This document shows positions 40,324-53,631 of a stretch of DNA of 64,000 bases, in pieces (position 1 is the first letter of the stretch; the number at the start of each line of letters is the position of its first letter). The position numbers were made by a program, and so were the translations under genes. The notes below the pieces were generated by a model. It made no database searches, was not told where the DNA came from, and saw only the letters and a program-made list of their open reading frames with translations. Source of the DNA: Octopus bimaculoides (Eukaryota); the NCBI RefSeq assembly GCF_001194135.2, contig NC_068988.1, positions 14,638,226 to 14,702,225 on the forward strand, read 5' to 3'.

Positions 40324-40345
40324 ACCGTTGCTACTAGCAGTTTCT
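40324..40345 (-). CDS. FCHO2: FCHO 22-nt microexon: (Q)ETASSNG
   Basis: Long T tract, cccctacag|A…GGT|gtaagt. It supplies the phase 2 to 0 bridge needed between flanking exons. Confidence 0.8.
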
Positions 40346-42289
40346 CTGTAGGGGAAAAAAAAAAAAAAAACAAGAAAGATCAATAAAAATACGACATGAA
40401 GTTCATATAAACAGGAATTGAAAGATTAAATAATGATACAGCATAATAAATTAAATGTTGCTGGTACTATTGTCGTCGTCGTCATTGTGGAAATAGTTAT
40501 AGCATGAAACCATAAGGTCACTGAACTAAGTCAGTGATTGTGATTCCCAGCTGGAGCAATTTCATTACCTAAAGCACTAACATATTTTCTTTATCATTTA
40601 GTCAGGAGAGATGGCATCAGCCAAACCAAGAATATGTTTTTCAAACTCAGTTCTATATCAACTGATCAAATGTTCTAATTTCTCTACCACTTCCTCTTTT
40701 ACAATACGCTTTTACTTGTTTCAGTCATTTGACTGCGGCCATGCTGGAGCACTGCCTTTAGTCGAGCAAATTGACCCCAGGACTTATTCTTTGTAAGCCT
40801 AGTACTTATTCTATCGGTCTTTTTTGCCGAACTACTAAGTTACGGGGACGTAAACACACCAGCATCGGTGTCAAGCGATGTTGGGGGAACAAACACATAC
40901 AAACAAACACACACACACACATACATATATATATATANNNNNNNNNNNNNNNNNNNNNNNNNNNNNNNNNNNNNNNNNNNNNNNNNNNNNNNNNNNNNNN
41001 NNNNNNNNNNNNNNNNNNNNNNNNNNNNNNNNNNNNNNNNNNNNNNNNNNNNNNNNNNNNNNNNNNNNNNNNNNNNNNNNNNNNNNNNNNATACAACGGG
41101 CTTCTTTCAGTTTCCGTCGACCAAATCCACTCACAAGGCTTTGGTCGGCCCAAGGCTTAGAAGACACTTGCCCAAGGTGCCACGCAGTGGGACTGAACCC
41201 AGAACCATGTGGTTGGTAAGCAAGCTACTTACAACACAGCCACTCCTGCACCTGTATATATGTGTGTGGGAACATGTATGCATATCATCATCATCATTAT
41301 CATCATCGTTTAACATCTGTCTTCCATGCATGCATGGGTAGCACACTTGACAGAAGCTGGCCAGGTAGAAGACTGCCCCAGGCTACTGTGTCTGTTTTGG
41401 CATGATTTTTACAGCCGGATGCCCTTACAAATGCCAACCATTTTACAGTGTAGACAGGGTGCTTTTTACTGTTAATGTTTGCTGTTATGTTCAGCTGTAG
41501 TAAAAACAATTTTGCATTAATTTGAGGGGTTACCCTATACTTTTGTAGAGTACAAATTTATTCTTAAACAAGAATATTGTTGAAAGTGACTTCAAAATTT
41601 CAGCTAGTTAAGTAATCTGATAATGGTTTAACTGACCAAAACTTCCATGTCAGTTAGCAACATACTTGTTTAAGAATAAATTTGTGCAAGTATGTGTGTA
41701 TGTATGTGTGTGTGGTGTAGTGTAGTGTAACAACAGTAGTAAAACAAACTTCAAGCAAAACAAAATATTAACAGAGGACTGTGCAAGCTGAACTAAAGAG
41801 TAACTTCTTGTTTAATTTTAATAATTTCTCTTCAGTAAATTAACTGCTTAATCTTTTATTGGAAACAAAAAGACAAGAGAGGAAAACAAAATAAAAAAAT
41901 AAATAAAGACAAAGTTACTTTCTAAAATTTAATTTCAATTCCAAAACCATTAGCAATATTTTTAGCAAAATCAATATTGTAGCTTTTGTATTTGCTTTAC
42001 AAGATTCTTGATATGAAATTGTCTATTGAAACAGACTTTTTGTATCTCAGAAGGGTCATTATGCCAGTAATTATGGGCATAATGACCTCCCAAGACACAA
42101 TAATGTTATTGTAATCTCATGAAATAAAGCAATCATGGCATGATATTGAATGCTGATAGGAAAGAGATGACATTACACCATAGAAACTCAACTTGCTAAC
42201 ATAACAAGAGACATTTATCAGACATTGTTAAAGATAATAATAATAATAATAATAATAATAGTAGTAAAAGTAAAAATAATAAGTGTTGT

Positions 42290-42740
42290 TGTTTCCAATA
42301 CTGGCACAAGACCAGCAATTTTCAGGCAAAGCAATTAGTCGATATCATCAACCCCAGGACTTTGTTTGATTGGTACTTTATTTTATCAATCCCAAAAGGA
42401 TGAAAGGCAAAATTGACCTCGATGGAATTTGGACTCACAATGTAAAGAGCCAGGAGAAATACTGTGAAGCATTTTGTCCGGAATGCTAACAAATGACCAG
42501 CTTGCTGCCTTTATAACATAATAATAATAATCCTTTCTACTATAGGCTCAAGGCCTGAAATTTTAGAAAAGTGTGCTAAGTCTATTACATTGACCCCAGC
42601 ACTTAACTGGTACTTATTTCATTGACCAATAAAAGATGAAAGACAAAGTCAACCTTGGCAGAATTTGAACTCAGAACATAAAGGCAGACATAATGCTAAG
42701 AATTTTGCCAAGCGTGTTAATGATTCTGCCAACTTGCCAC

Positions 42741-42789
<49 letters not shown>

Positions 42790-43700
42790 TTGATTATGAT
42801 GAGAAGGATTTCAAATTTTGGCATAGGGCAAGCAGTTTTTGAGGGCTGGGGAAGTCTATTAAATCAAGCCCAGTATTTGACTGGCACTTATTTTATGGAC
42901 CCCCAAAAGAATGAAAAAGCAAAGTCAACCTCAGCAGAATTTGAGCTCAGAATGTAATGACAGATGAAATGCCACTAAACATTTTGTCCAGCAAGCTAAT
43001 GCTTCTGCCAGCTCGCCACCTTAATAACAATAGCAATAATAATAATAATAACCCTTTCTACTATAGGCACAAGGCCTGAAATTTGGGCGAAGAGGACTAG
43101 CTGATTACATTGACACTAGTGTGTTACTGGTACTAATTTCACTGACCCTGAAAGGATGAAAGGCAAAGTTGACCTCGGCAGAATTTGAACTTGGAACATA
43201 AAGACGGATGAAATGCTGCTAAGCATTTTGCCCAGCATGTTAACAATTCTGCCAGTTTGCCCCCTTAATAAGAACAATGGTGTCAAATTTTGGCACAGGG
43301 CCAGTAATTTTAAGGAAAGCAGTGAGTCAATAGCATCGACCCCAATACTTGCAACTCCAAAGGGAGGAGAGGCAAAGCTGATCCCCGGTGGAATTTGAAC
43401 TCAGAATGTAAGGAGCTAGAATATATATATCACAGGATATTTACTCTGCCACATTACTGATTCTTATTTCTTTACTGCCCACAAGGGGCTACACACAGAG
43501 GGGACAAACAAGGACAGACAAATGGATTAAGTCGATTACATCGACCCCAGTGCGTAACTGGTACTTAACTTATCGACCCCGAAAGGATGAAAGGCAAAGT
43601 TGACCTCGGCGGAATTTGAACTCAGAGCGTAACAGCTGACGAAATACCGCTAAGCATTTCACCCGGTGTGCTAACGTTTCTGCCAGCGCGCCGCCTTATA
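42290..43700 (-). mobile_element. Cluster of 5-6 SINE family A copies; the youngest is at about 43460-43700
   Basis: A box TGGCAGAAACGTTAG and B box GAGTTCAAATTCC on minus; (TAT)n tails. Confidence 0.88.
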
Positions 43701-43766
43701 AAACACTAATGATTCTGCCATATAAATAATTTACTTTGGAAAGAAAAAAGAGATATGGGTACTTAC

Positions 43767-43839
43767 TGATTTTCTTCTTTATCACGTTTTTTCTTTTTCT
43801 TCAAGTCTTTCTTTTTGTCTCTCTTAGATTTTAGGAACC
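43767..43839 (-). CDS. FCHO2: FCHO polybasic exon: (W)FLKSKRDKKKDLKKKKKRDKEEN(Q)
   Basis: ttgttttggcag|GG…CA|gtaagt; 73 nt, phase 1 to 2. Confidence 0.85.
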
Positions 43840-44743
43840 CTGCCAAAACAAGTATATTTCTAATAAAATCAAAAGAACCGTGATTTTTTTTTCTTTTATT
43901 AAAAAAAAAAATAAAGTATACAGCTAAAATGTTAAAATCTGGACTACTTCATATAAGGTTAATTTAAACATATAACTAATTATAGATAGGAACTAATGAT
44001 CCTACACAGGAGAGAAAGGATGAGAGAAACAAGTCGAAATAATTAGAAAGATGAAGCAACAGGTTTATTTCAGTATATTTAGGGTATTGAAATTGTCCAT
44101 CACTAAAGCTATAAGAATCTAAGATTATTGAAACTAATTGAAAATTAATGAAAAATCCAATGTTTAATGAGTTTCCTAAAAGAGCAAAAAAAAAAAAAAT
44201 TTTGTTTTTCTTTTAATAATCTGAAATTATAATATAAGCTACTTTATCCCTCATTAAAACAGCTCACACTATTGTATGTGATGATTCAGCTAACATTGCC
44301 AATAGTTGTGAAAAAACACACTTTGCTGCGAATATTTTCTGTCTTTAAACACTACTGTGCAAACAATTTGAAATATGTTTACATGCAATTATTCGTCAAT
44401 ATATGTGAATAGCATTTCATAAACACTAGTGCTGACACAATGAAGCATAGGTTAACAACTAAACGAAAGAACTATTTGCAATTAAATGAGGGGTAGGGGA
44501 TGAAAAAGTGTGCATCACCTTGCAAAGACAGAAAAAAAATAATAAAACACTGTGTTGACAAAATTGCAATTGTGCTTGCTTGGAAGCATAAACATCGCTA
44601 CAATAATTTCTATGTAGGGGAAGAGAGAAGTAGGGTTATTCACCCTGAGAATCGATGTGAAGATTTGAAAAAAATCATCTTGCTATTTATATAACAAAAG
44701 AAACAATTACTGCTATTAATGTACTTATGATTTTTTTTTTGTT

Positions 44744-44776
<33 letters not shown>

Positions 44777-45391
44777 TCATATTTTATGTGCATCTAGAGT
44801 TAGTAAGGTTATACGGAATCACAGTCAGGTAATGAAAACATTTCCAGAAGGAATCATCAGTAAAAGTTACCAACAAAACAATAATATGCCACTAAATGAT
44901 AAAGGTTGAGCAAACAATGGTTTAATTTCTAAATAATGGAATTTCAAAAGCATATATGACTACCAACGTCTGCAATAAACTTTTTTTTTTTGATAAATTT
45001 AAGTGAATTACCATTCAAGATTTTGTTTTCAAGCTCCTATCGAACAGAAAAATCAATAAGGCCACATAATGTTAAGGTTCCAAAAGGCAGCTTATAAACC
45101 GTCTAGGTCTGAATAATTTATGGAAGAATAATTTCCATCGATAATAACTATACAATAATAATTGCCATCAATATTAGAATACAAAGAACTATTCCAATAA
45201 TATGCAGCAGCAAGAGAAGGTATATGAATCAACTCAAAAGAAATCGAAACAAGAGTTATTACTTCACTTTGGAATAATAGTAGGGCTTTGGTAGGCCATT
45301 AACTTAATCACACTTTTGAGGAAAATACTGCAGTATCTGGTTAATAGATACTATGAAAATATATTGCATTTTGAATTATTAATACAGGTTA

Positions 45392-45435
<44 letters not shown>

Positions 45436-45981
45436 NNNNNNNNNNCGTATGGTATGGTATTATACAAAAACCATTCCAAAAGGATAGGTGATCAAAAATT
45501 CAAAATAAGCAACAAGGATTTCAAAGATGATTGCAGTACGCACGTTTCATGCTACCCCATTTATTTAAGTAATGCAAGCATTACATTAAATGCAATATAT
45601 AAAGAAAATACACAATTTTCTTTGTATTGTAACTGAATTATTCCAAGGTATTTTATTATAAAAAAAATAATTTCAAAATGCATTATGACATACCAGCTTC
45701 ACCTCTGAGAGAAGATAATCTTTATTATGCTCATGGGTACATTATGTTGATTATGTGCAATGATTATCATTTACACCTGTACATTACAATGACTATGTTC
45801 TTTTAAGATGTGGAAACAAGTACATAATAATGCATTCTACATTAGATTAGAAGTAAATAGATTGTAATAATGTACTTTGGGGATAATTCAATTAATTGCA
45901 ACACAAAAGGAATTGTACATTTTCTTTTTATTACTTTTTCTGTATATTTTGTGTGGAGCATTTTCACCTTGTGTGTGTGTA

Positions 45982-46029
<48 letters not shown>

Positions 46030-46666
46030 CATCATCATTGTTTAACGCCCACCTCTATGCTGGCATGGGTAAAAACACACACACACACAGTGCACTACTT
46101 AATGTTGTTTGTTTCTTTTTAGAATAATTCGAAAGGCAAGGTAGTCCTTCTCAGTAAACATTACAATTCAACCTCGCTTTAAAATGTAAACAACATGGTT
46201 ACTTCACAAGCTAATCTTTCCATGATTGATCTGTCTAACTAGCTTCAGGTTTTGCTGAGCAAAACCTGAAATTAGTCATATTGTTTTGTTTTGGTTTTTT
46301 TTTCTTTACTTTCTGTTCACAGAGAGATAAGCTTGTGGTATAACTACTTTGTTTACTTTTCACAAAGAGGCTAAACAGTAGACTTACTGGAAAGATTTAC
46401 CTTTCACTTCAAACATAAATATATACATATATATATATATATATAATTATATATACACACACACACATACATGCACACACAGTATGTGTCCACAAATCAT
46501 GGTGGGATTTATGCTTCATATACATGTTGAATAAGAGATCAACTAATAAGGTTTATGTACAGTTTAGTGTGGTTTGATGTGGCTTCCATTTGTTGCCCTA
46601 CACGCATCTAAACAATACTCCAGTTGAATGAGTGAAGAAGACTTTATGGATACACTGTGTATAACT

Positions 46667-46709
<43 letters not shown>

Positions 46710-47100
46710 ATGTTGCTATTTTCAACAGCCTTTTTTTTATTAACTAAAGGATTAGTCCCCCAATTTCTTGCCCTTTTCTTTCTCCATGAGATAAGGATAG
46801 CTATTTCAAAAGTCTGACAATCAATTATTACACCCATCTCACTAATCCTTTAGTAAATAAAAAACTGGCCATAGATAATAGGAAAGTACCCACATCATAT
46901 ATATATATATATATATATAGCTTTCAAAACAATTTTTTCTTTATTTAAAATCTAAAATAACCAACTAGAAACTAATTACAGACTGATAGGAAACTAGACT
47001 AACAAATTAGATGAGTGCTGGTTGTAAGAAATTGTGAAAGCAATATGGGCACAGCAGAAAAATCCACTGGATGTTATCAACAAGTGCAAAATACACATAC

Positions 47101-47160
47101 CAGAGAATGTAAAAATGTCAAGAACACTTTTGGGTGAACTTGGGCTAGATGAGTCACTGT
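47101..47160 (-). CDS. Candidate 60-nt cassette exon: (D/Y)SDSSSPSSPKSVLDIFTFS(G)
   Basis: Long pyrimidine tract, gaaacag|AC…CTG|gtatgt; phase 1 to 1, open frame. Confidence 0.6.
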
Positions 47161-48832
47161 CTGTTTCAAAGAAAATCAAGAAATACAAGGAAAGAAGAAA
47201 AAAAGACAAACAAAATCACAGAAAATGAGCTGTAGAAATCTATTGAGAATTATAATGGTGAGGAATTGAGGAAAGCAACAACAAAGGAAGAAGATGATAT
47301 GTATGGCTGAAGTTAAATTCGGTGTGATAAAAGCAAGAGTTAAGCTTAATGATGAGGTCAATTGAGGGTTTTTTTAATTAAAAAAATTTGAATTTTTAAA
47401 ATTTTATTTATTGATTTTTTTATATAGTTATATAATAATGAAGCAATGATAGGGGGAAAAAATCAATGAAAGTTGACAGTTTTGACAGCAATATATACAA
47501 AGTGTTAGATGAAAGACCAGAGATAAAGAAGATGAGTCGAACCTGACCTTACAGCAGAACCAGAAGGCCAGTGGAGGTGGTGGGGAAGAACAATGAGAAG
47601 GGGAGCTGGTTCTAGAACAATGAGGTATGAAAGGAGTCAGATATCAGAGAAAATAATGTTGGACAGAGAAAGATATAGAACAGAAGAATAAGGCAAATGA
47701 TACATGCAAGAGATGAGAGAGAGATAGAGAGATGGAAACACATGAAATGTACTCAAGCAGAATAAAGGTGATATATATCCATGCAACAGTGAGAAAACAG
47801 CAGATTACCAATATATACATACATATATATATTTATATACATACATATATATATATGAGAGAAAGAGTGAGACAGAGATGGAAGGAAGAAAGGAAGAATG
47901 GAAGAGCTCCTCAAATTAACAAGTTTGGTGACACACAGCTCATGGATTGGCTTCTGAACTAATCATACTAAATGTGTATTAAATCAGTTACATCAATGAT
48001 TGAAAAACTGGAAAAATAATATTAAGAACCATACAATCTCATAAATCTACTTAAGAAGATTTCCTTCGTTCTATTCTTGAAAATGCAAATACAACATGAA
48101 TGTATATACCTAACTATTATATATTTTTTTTTTTTTCAAAATTATATTTCACAATCAAATGACATTTAAAACAGAACTTTTTTTTTTTGAGATATTTCTA
48201 AAACCTAAGCTACAACATGGTGGGAAGTGGTTGATTTTGTGGTTNNNNNNNNNNCCAGGTGCCCTTGCTGTCACCAACCTTTACCTGCTTTTCAAGTAAG
48301 AAAGTTTTTATTACTCCACTGGTCTTCAAAAGCATAGATTGGCCAGTCAACAAGGAATGTAAACATATCTATCTTACCAGTTCACTCAGACAGTGACAAG
48401 CAAAGCCATGGGTTGCATGTGCACACACACAAATATATACATATATATATATATATATTACAACAGGCTTCCATACAGTTTCCATCAACCAACATCACTC
48501 ACAAGGCATTGATCAACCTACAGAAAAGAGCCAAACAGCGGCTATCTTCCAAGATGCCAAACAGTGGGACTGAACTTGAAACCACATGGCTGTAAAACTT
48601 GCATTCTTAAATTTGTTTGTTGAATTAAGAAAACACAAATAGAAATTTTTGTGTTACTAATTACCATTAATTACTTCTGTAAATAAAATAACTCAAGTAT
48701 CCATGGATATCTACATTATACTTGGTTCATCAACTAAAAAATGGTTAGCCATTTGGAAAAATGATAAAAGTGCAAGCCTGGATGTTAAACAACTGTTCGT
48801 AATAAACATTTTATAATATAATTTATAACATA

Positions 48833-49061
48833 CAGTAATCCCTTGCCCTATCGCGGTTCACCTATCGCAGTTTATTATTCAAGCTTACGTTGATTCCTCT
48901 GTGGTGTTGTTTTGCATTTATAATAAAATAAATTTGAACAAATTATAAAAATAATTTTAAAAAAATATACAGTACAGTACTGTTTCTACTTCACAGATTT
49001 TCACCTATCAGGGGGGGGGGGGCTTTGGAACGTTACACCCGCGATAGTGAGGGGATTGCTG
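48833..49061. mobile_element. pogo/Tigger-like MITE
   Basis: TA|CAGTAATCCCT…CTATCGCGG and CCGCGATAG…GGGATTGCTG|TA: about 25-bp imperfect TIRs with a TA target duplication. Confidence 0.85.
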
Positions 49062-49478
49062 TACTCTTTTATTATGTTTCATTAATTAAACAGTGGCCAT
49101 ACTAGAGCACTGCTTTAAAGGTTCTAGTAGAGCAGTTCAGCCCCAGTACTGATTTAAAGTCTGGTACTTTTATCAATCTCTTGAAACTATTATTAATATC
49201 ATTATTATTATTATTATTATTATTATAATCCATCTTACATGATCAACAAAATCTTTAATCTATAACTAAATCATTGAGTTCTTGCTGAATTACAATTAAA
49301 AATCAATCATAATTTATTTTGAGACAATTCTTTTTTTTTAATATGAAATCATTATTTAAGGTCATCACATTATCAAATTTTCAAATCTTATTTCAATCCC
49401 TGTATTGCACCTATTTTTGCCTCCAAATTTAGGCAAGATACATATCCTCTCATTTCACTTCAAAATCTGTAGTTATTA

Positions 49479-49563
49479 ATAGAATGGTGTTTGAAAATAT
49501 TGTCCTGTTTTGTTGGTGGGTACCACCAACAAAACAGGACAATATTTTCAAACACCATTCTAT
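49479..49563. repeat. Perfect inverted repeat with 41-bp arms and a 3-nt loop
   Basis: 49479-49519 is the exact reverse complement of 49523-49563. Confidence 0.97.
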
Positions 49564-50796
49564 CAAATTTTTAATGAAAATTGAAGAGTGTGGGAATATA
49601 ATGTAGCGACTAATGATTTAATTAATGAGGTCTAATTAAGTATTTAATCTAAACACTAGTAAAAAAATAAGTCAAAACTTACAAATAATAATTTGCCATT
49701 ATTATAATGTTTACAATAAGTTCTATAACGTACTCTTGACGCATGAGGTAGTAAGTTTGTAGCTGTAGGACATAAGTTATGTATTCTACAAGATACTACT
49801 AATTGCCCAACACATCTCAGTTGATTAATGAAGGAATAATTATTTCAACCTCCGCTCCTGTCCCAAAAACATTTAGGCAATTTCTGTGAACAATGTACAG
49901 AGATAAAAATCAAGCTAATGAGAGAGCCCTTTTCATAGTTGCTTGACATGCTAGAAATAGCTATGAAATTTCCATCAAATCACAACCGTATTGTTAGGAC
50001 ACATTGGACAATGTACTTCCTAGATCTCTCATGTCTGAACAAAACAAAATGGGATGGTCATAGCTGGAATACCTTTTTATCATAATTCTGCTGGTTCGGG
50101 GCAGATTGGGGAGGGTCATGCTAAAATAACAACAAAAATAAAAATCAATCATTTTAATTGTTCCTGATGAAGGAGCAGGAAATTCTGTAACCAGATGCTC
50201 TCCCAAATAATATTAACCTTTGTTTAAAAATTTTCAGATTATTTAAAATGTAAATTAGAACTTTCAACAAACAGTTAGTTAGGAATAATTACAAAAAAAT
50301 TTTAACTGAAGGTAAGAAGACTACAAATTTTCTTTCCGTTCATTTTCTGCTTTTCTTTTTCTTTTTTTTTTTGGTCAAAATATAAACTCATTAGTACCAA
50401 CAAAAATACACACTGGTTGGTGTTAACAAAAATAAAACCACAAACTGGTTAGTTATATTTAAAAAAAAAAAAAACAATTAAAAAAAAAACAATTAAAAAG
50501 AATGCACATTATTTATTAGGTATCAAACAAGTAGATTACATGAGAATATGAAGCCATACCATCACCACTGCCACACAATCTGCTGATATTAGGAACTGGT
50601 CACCAAAAGTGAAAAAAAAATAGTTAAGCATGCATATGCTATCATATTAATTGCAGCAGTTTTACATTAAAGAAGCCAAAAAAAAAAAAAAATTAAAGAA
50701 AGAAAGAAAAAGCCAAACAGAAAAAAAGAAAAGCTTAAGTCCTCCAAGAAAAGCCAGAAAGAGAATATTGTATTGTAAAGGTAATGATGGTATTAC

Positions 50797-50883
50797 ATGT
50801 TCGAGACACTCTCAGCTTGACACTGCGGCTCAAGGGTCCTGGCTGGGCTTCAGCTAACACAGGACTGGGACTCCCACTGGAGT
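50797..50883 (-). CDS. FCHO2: FCHO linker exon: (D)SSGSPSPVLAEAQPGPLSRSVKLRVSRT(W)
   Basis: ctttgcag|AC…ACAT|gtaata; 87 nt, phase 1 to 1; T|GG completes Trp with the next exon. Confidence 0.75.
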
Positions 50884-53041
50884 CTGCAAAGCAATGGTAC
50901 TGACATCTCACAAAACTAGCCAATTAATAATATTACAGTTTCAGTATCTACATACTGACATTGTACTGCTGCTACTGCTGCACTAAGAGACATGGAAACA
51001 GAAAATCATAATTAATGGAAGGTTCTATAGATCTCAGCAGAAGTAAACCGATCTGAATGTATATGGCTTTTTTATATGTCTGTATACCTATTTTGTAAGC
51101 TGTATGTTTGTGGACATATTTTCTAAGTGAGCTTGTGACAAATCCTATAAAACTGTGATATAATTCATATGATGATTAAAATATAATTCTGTTTAAATTT
51201 ATGATGAAACACAACCAAGGTGTTAAAAGAAACATTAGTCAATTTGTTGAGATTCTGTGGGGTGCATTTGGTTCTGCTGATAAAAATGATTAAAATGTTT
51301 CAGCATTAAATATTTACAAAATAAATTCTTAACAAATTTGTTTATAAAATAATTTATGAATAATATCAAAGATGATTTTTAAAAATATATATTTTTCTCA
51401 AATATATTTTTGAAATATCTGTAAAAAATATAGAGACAGAGAGATCGATACTTTCCAATTCTATTCTAAACCAAGGTCTTTGTAATAACAATAGAAACAT
51501 AAAAAAAAATTTAAAAAATAACAAAACTGTAAAATATGGATTGATTGAAATGGGTTGGAGAGGAATGGTCAAGACTAATGAAGCAGTAACAGCAGTAGTC
51601 TGTAATACTGAAACAAGAAATTTTAGTAGAAACTTTCAAACAATTTAGAATGACTAGCTTAAAAATATTGAGACGTTACAGTAGGCAGTTACCAAAGATC
51701 AAACGTTACTTCACTTCAAAGGGACTGAGAAAAATTAAGTAAAAAAAAAATAAATAAAATGAGACATTCAGAAGTAACAAAAGAATCTTTTCTCTATCAT
51801 TTACTTTAGTCTTTTTTTTTTATTTTATTTTTTTAGTTAGCATCCTTAGAGGAAACAAACAAATTAATTTACATTCATTGCATAATCACTGCACAGCTAA
51901 CCACAGTATTCTGGTATGAGATAAAAAAATTTTTAAATGATTGGCTATTATGAATAAAGAACCTGGCTGCACTTGGTTGCACGATCATGAGAAAAAAATT
52001 GTAATGCTGAATTTTCATGGTCAAACAAGAGTCAAAAAGAATTCTGAAGAATGTTGTCCTCTTACTATGGTATGGAAGCAATTGAAGGGAGCAGAAAGTT
52101 CAGGTAAAAGACAGATACTAAGGATATTCCCCCAGAGTAATAAAAGATATAAAACAGGCATCATTCCATCAAGAGAAAAATTTTAAAAAAAGGACAAAAG
52201 TGTAGTAAAGAATAAAAAAAAAAGAATTATATGAAACAAGCAAGAGCTTTAGTGTGGTGGATAAGAAGCAGGGTCAAATGATATCGGCTGTGTGAATTAT
52301 AGGAAAAACATCTGAATGAAATAGGATATATTAAGATCCTAATCACAGCTATGAGAATTATCAGGTGATAAGAGCTGTTATAACAATTAGAGGATCACAG
52401 CTATGAAATTATCCAGAGATAAGAGCTGTTGAAATGTTGATCATAGTTACTTAAATTGTTACAAAATGATAATTCACAGAATTTCGATTCCTTAAGCAAG
52501 GTTTTTTTCTCTAATGTGCTATAATGAATTTCTAATCATTTAAGTTTTTTTAAAATCTACATAGATATATATGATAGCCACTCATAAATAACAATGAGGT
52601 TAGTTTTTACTAAACAAATAGTCACTTTCCTGAAATAAAATCTCACAAGCACATATCATAGTATTAAAATAATTACAATGAAATATCAATGAGAGACATT
52701 TGCCATCCCGTTTCTCTTCTCTTCAAAAACATATGACACTCAGAGAAATCAGTCATCATTACCCTTCAAACAAATGGAGATAACTTTACAGTCATTTGTA
52801 TCAATGTAAAGCTGAAACCAGGATGTATCAAAATTGTAAATAAAAGAAAGAAGAGTTATTTAGAAGAACAGTTAGTTATAGAAGTAAAAAAAAATGTTTT
52901 TTTGTGTTTTCTTTTTTAATAGCAAGAGAGAAAGAGAGAAAAGGGTAATAATTACAAAAAAAAAATGTATATATATATGCAATGTTTGACATGTTAAGTG
53001 TTTAGAAGTTAGTAACAAATGTAAGCAAACGGATTGCTTAC

Positions 53042-53162
53042 CAAGACTACAACACTGAGGTAAAGTCAATCGTGAATCAACGAAAGACTTCCCACAAAGT
53101 GACAGTAGCAAGTAGAGACAGCAGTGGCGGTAACAGCAACAGCATGCACCCAGAAAGCCCAT
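53042..53162 (-). CDS. Candidate alternative first coding exon: MGFLGACCCCYRHCCLYLLLSLCGKSFVDSRLTLPQCCSL(D)
   Basis: ATG in strong Kozak context (actATGG); in-frame TGA 12 nt upstream; phase-1 donor TTG|gtaagc is in frame with exon 50797-50883. Confidence 0.55.
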
Positions 53163-53631
53163 AGTAGTTAGCAATCAAGTAGAGGAACAAGAACAGCCAA
53201 ATTGACCAAAACAAATCAGTGTGCATGTAGCCAATTAACCTCATACACACCACACCAGGTGAATTAGCAAATAATCTTTTTTCATGATTAGCAACCACAT
53301 CTTGTTTTTTGTTTGTTTGTTTTTTTGTTTTTTGTTGTTGTCTTTTTGTATTTACTTTTTGTTGTTTTTCTTTTTCTTTACATCTTCAAAATGACTGAGA
53401 CAATTAAAAAGATTTAATGGATGTACAGCCCTAACTTAAACTAAGAAAGACTATCAGTTAGTCAGAGTCATCATACAGAGGTTCAGGGAAATGTAACTTC
53501 CAAACCCAAAATATGAGACCAGACCAGACTGCCAATCAATATTGGAAACTAATTACAATTATAAACAGAATTTAAAAATCACAAAAAAAAACTAATAAAT
53601 GTTGATAAATTTAAATCTCATTTCTCTTTAC

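Noticed and set aside
51366-51617. Strong acceptor (tttcttgtttcag) followed by an open hydrophobic frame
   Set aside because: No convincing donor or homology; cannot be supported as an exon without transcript data.
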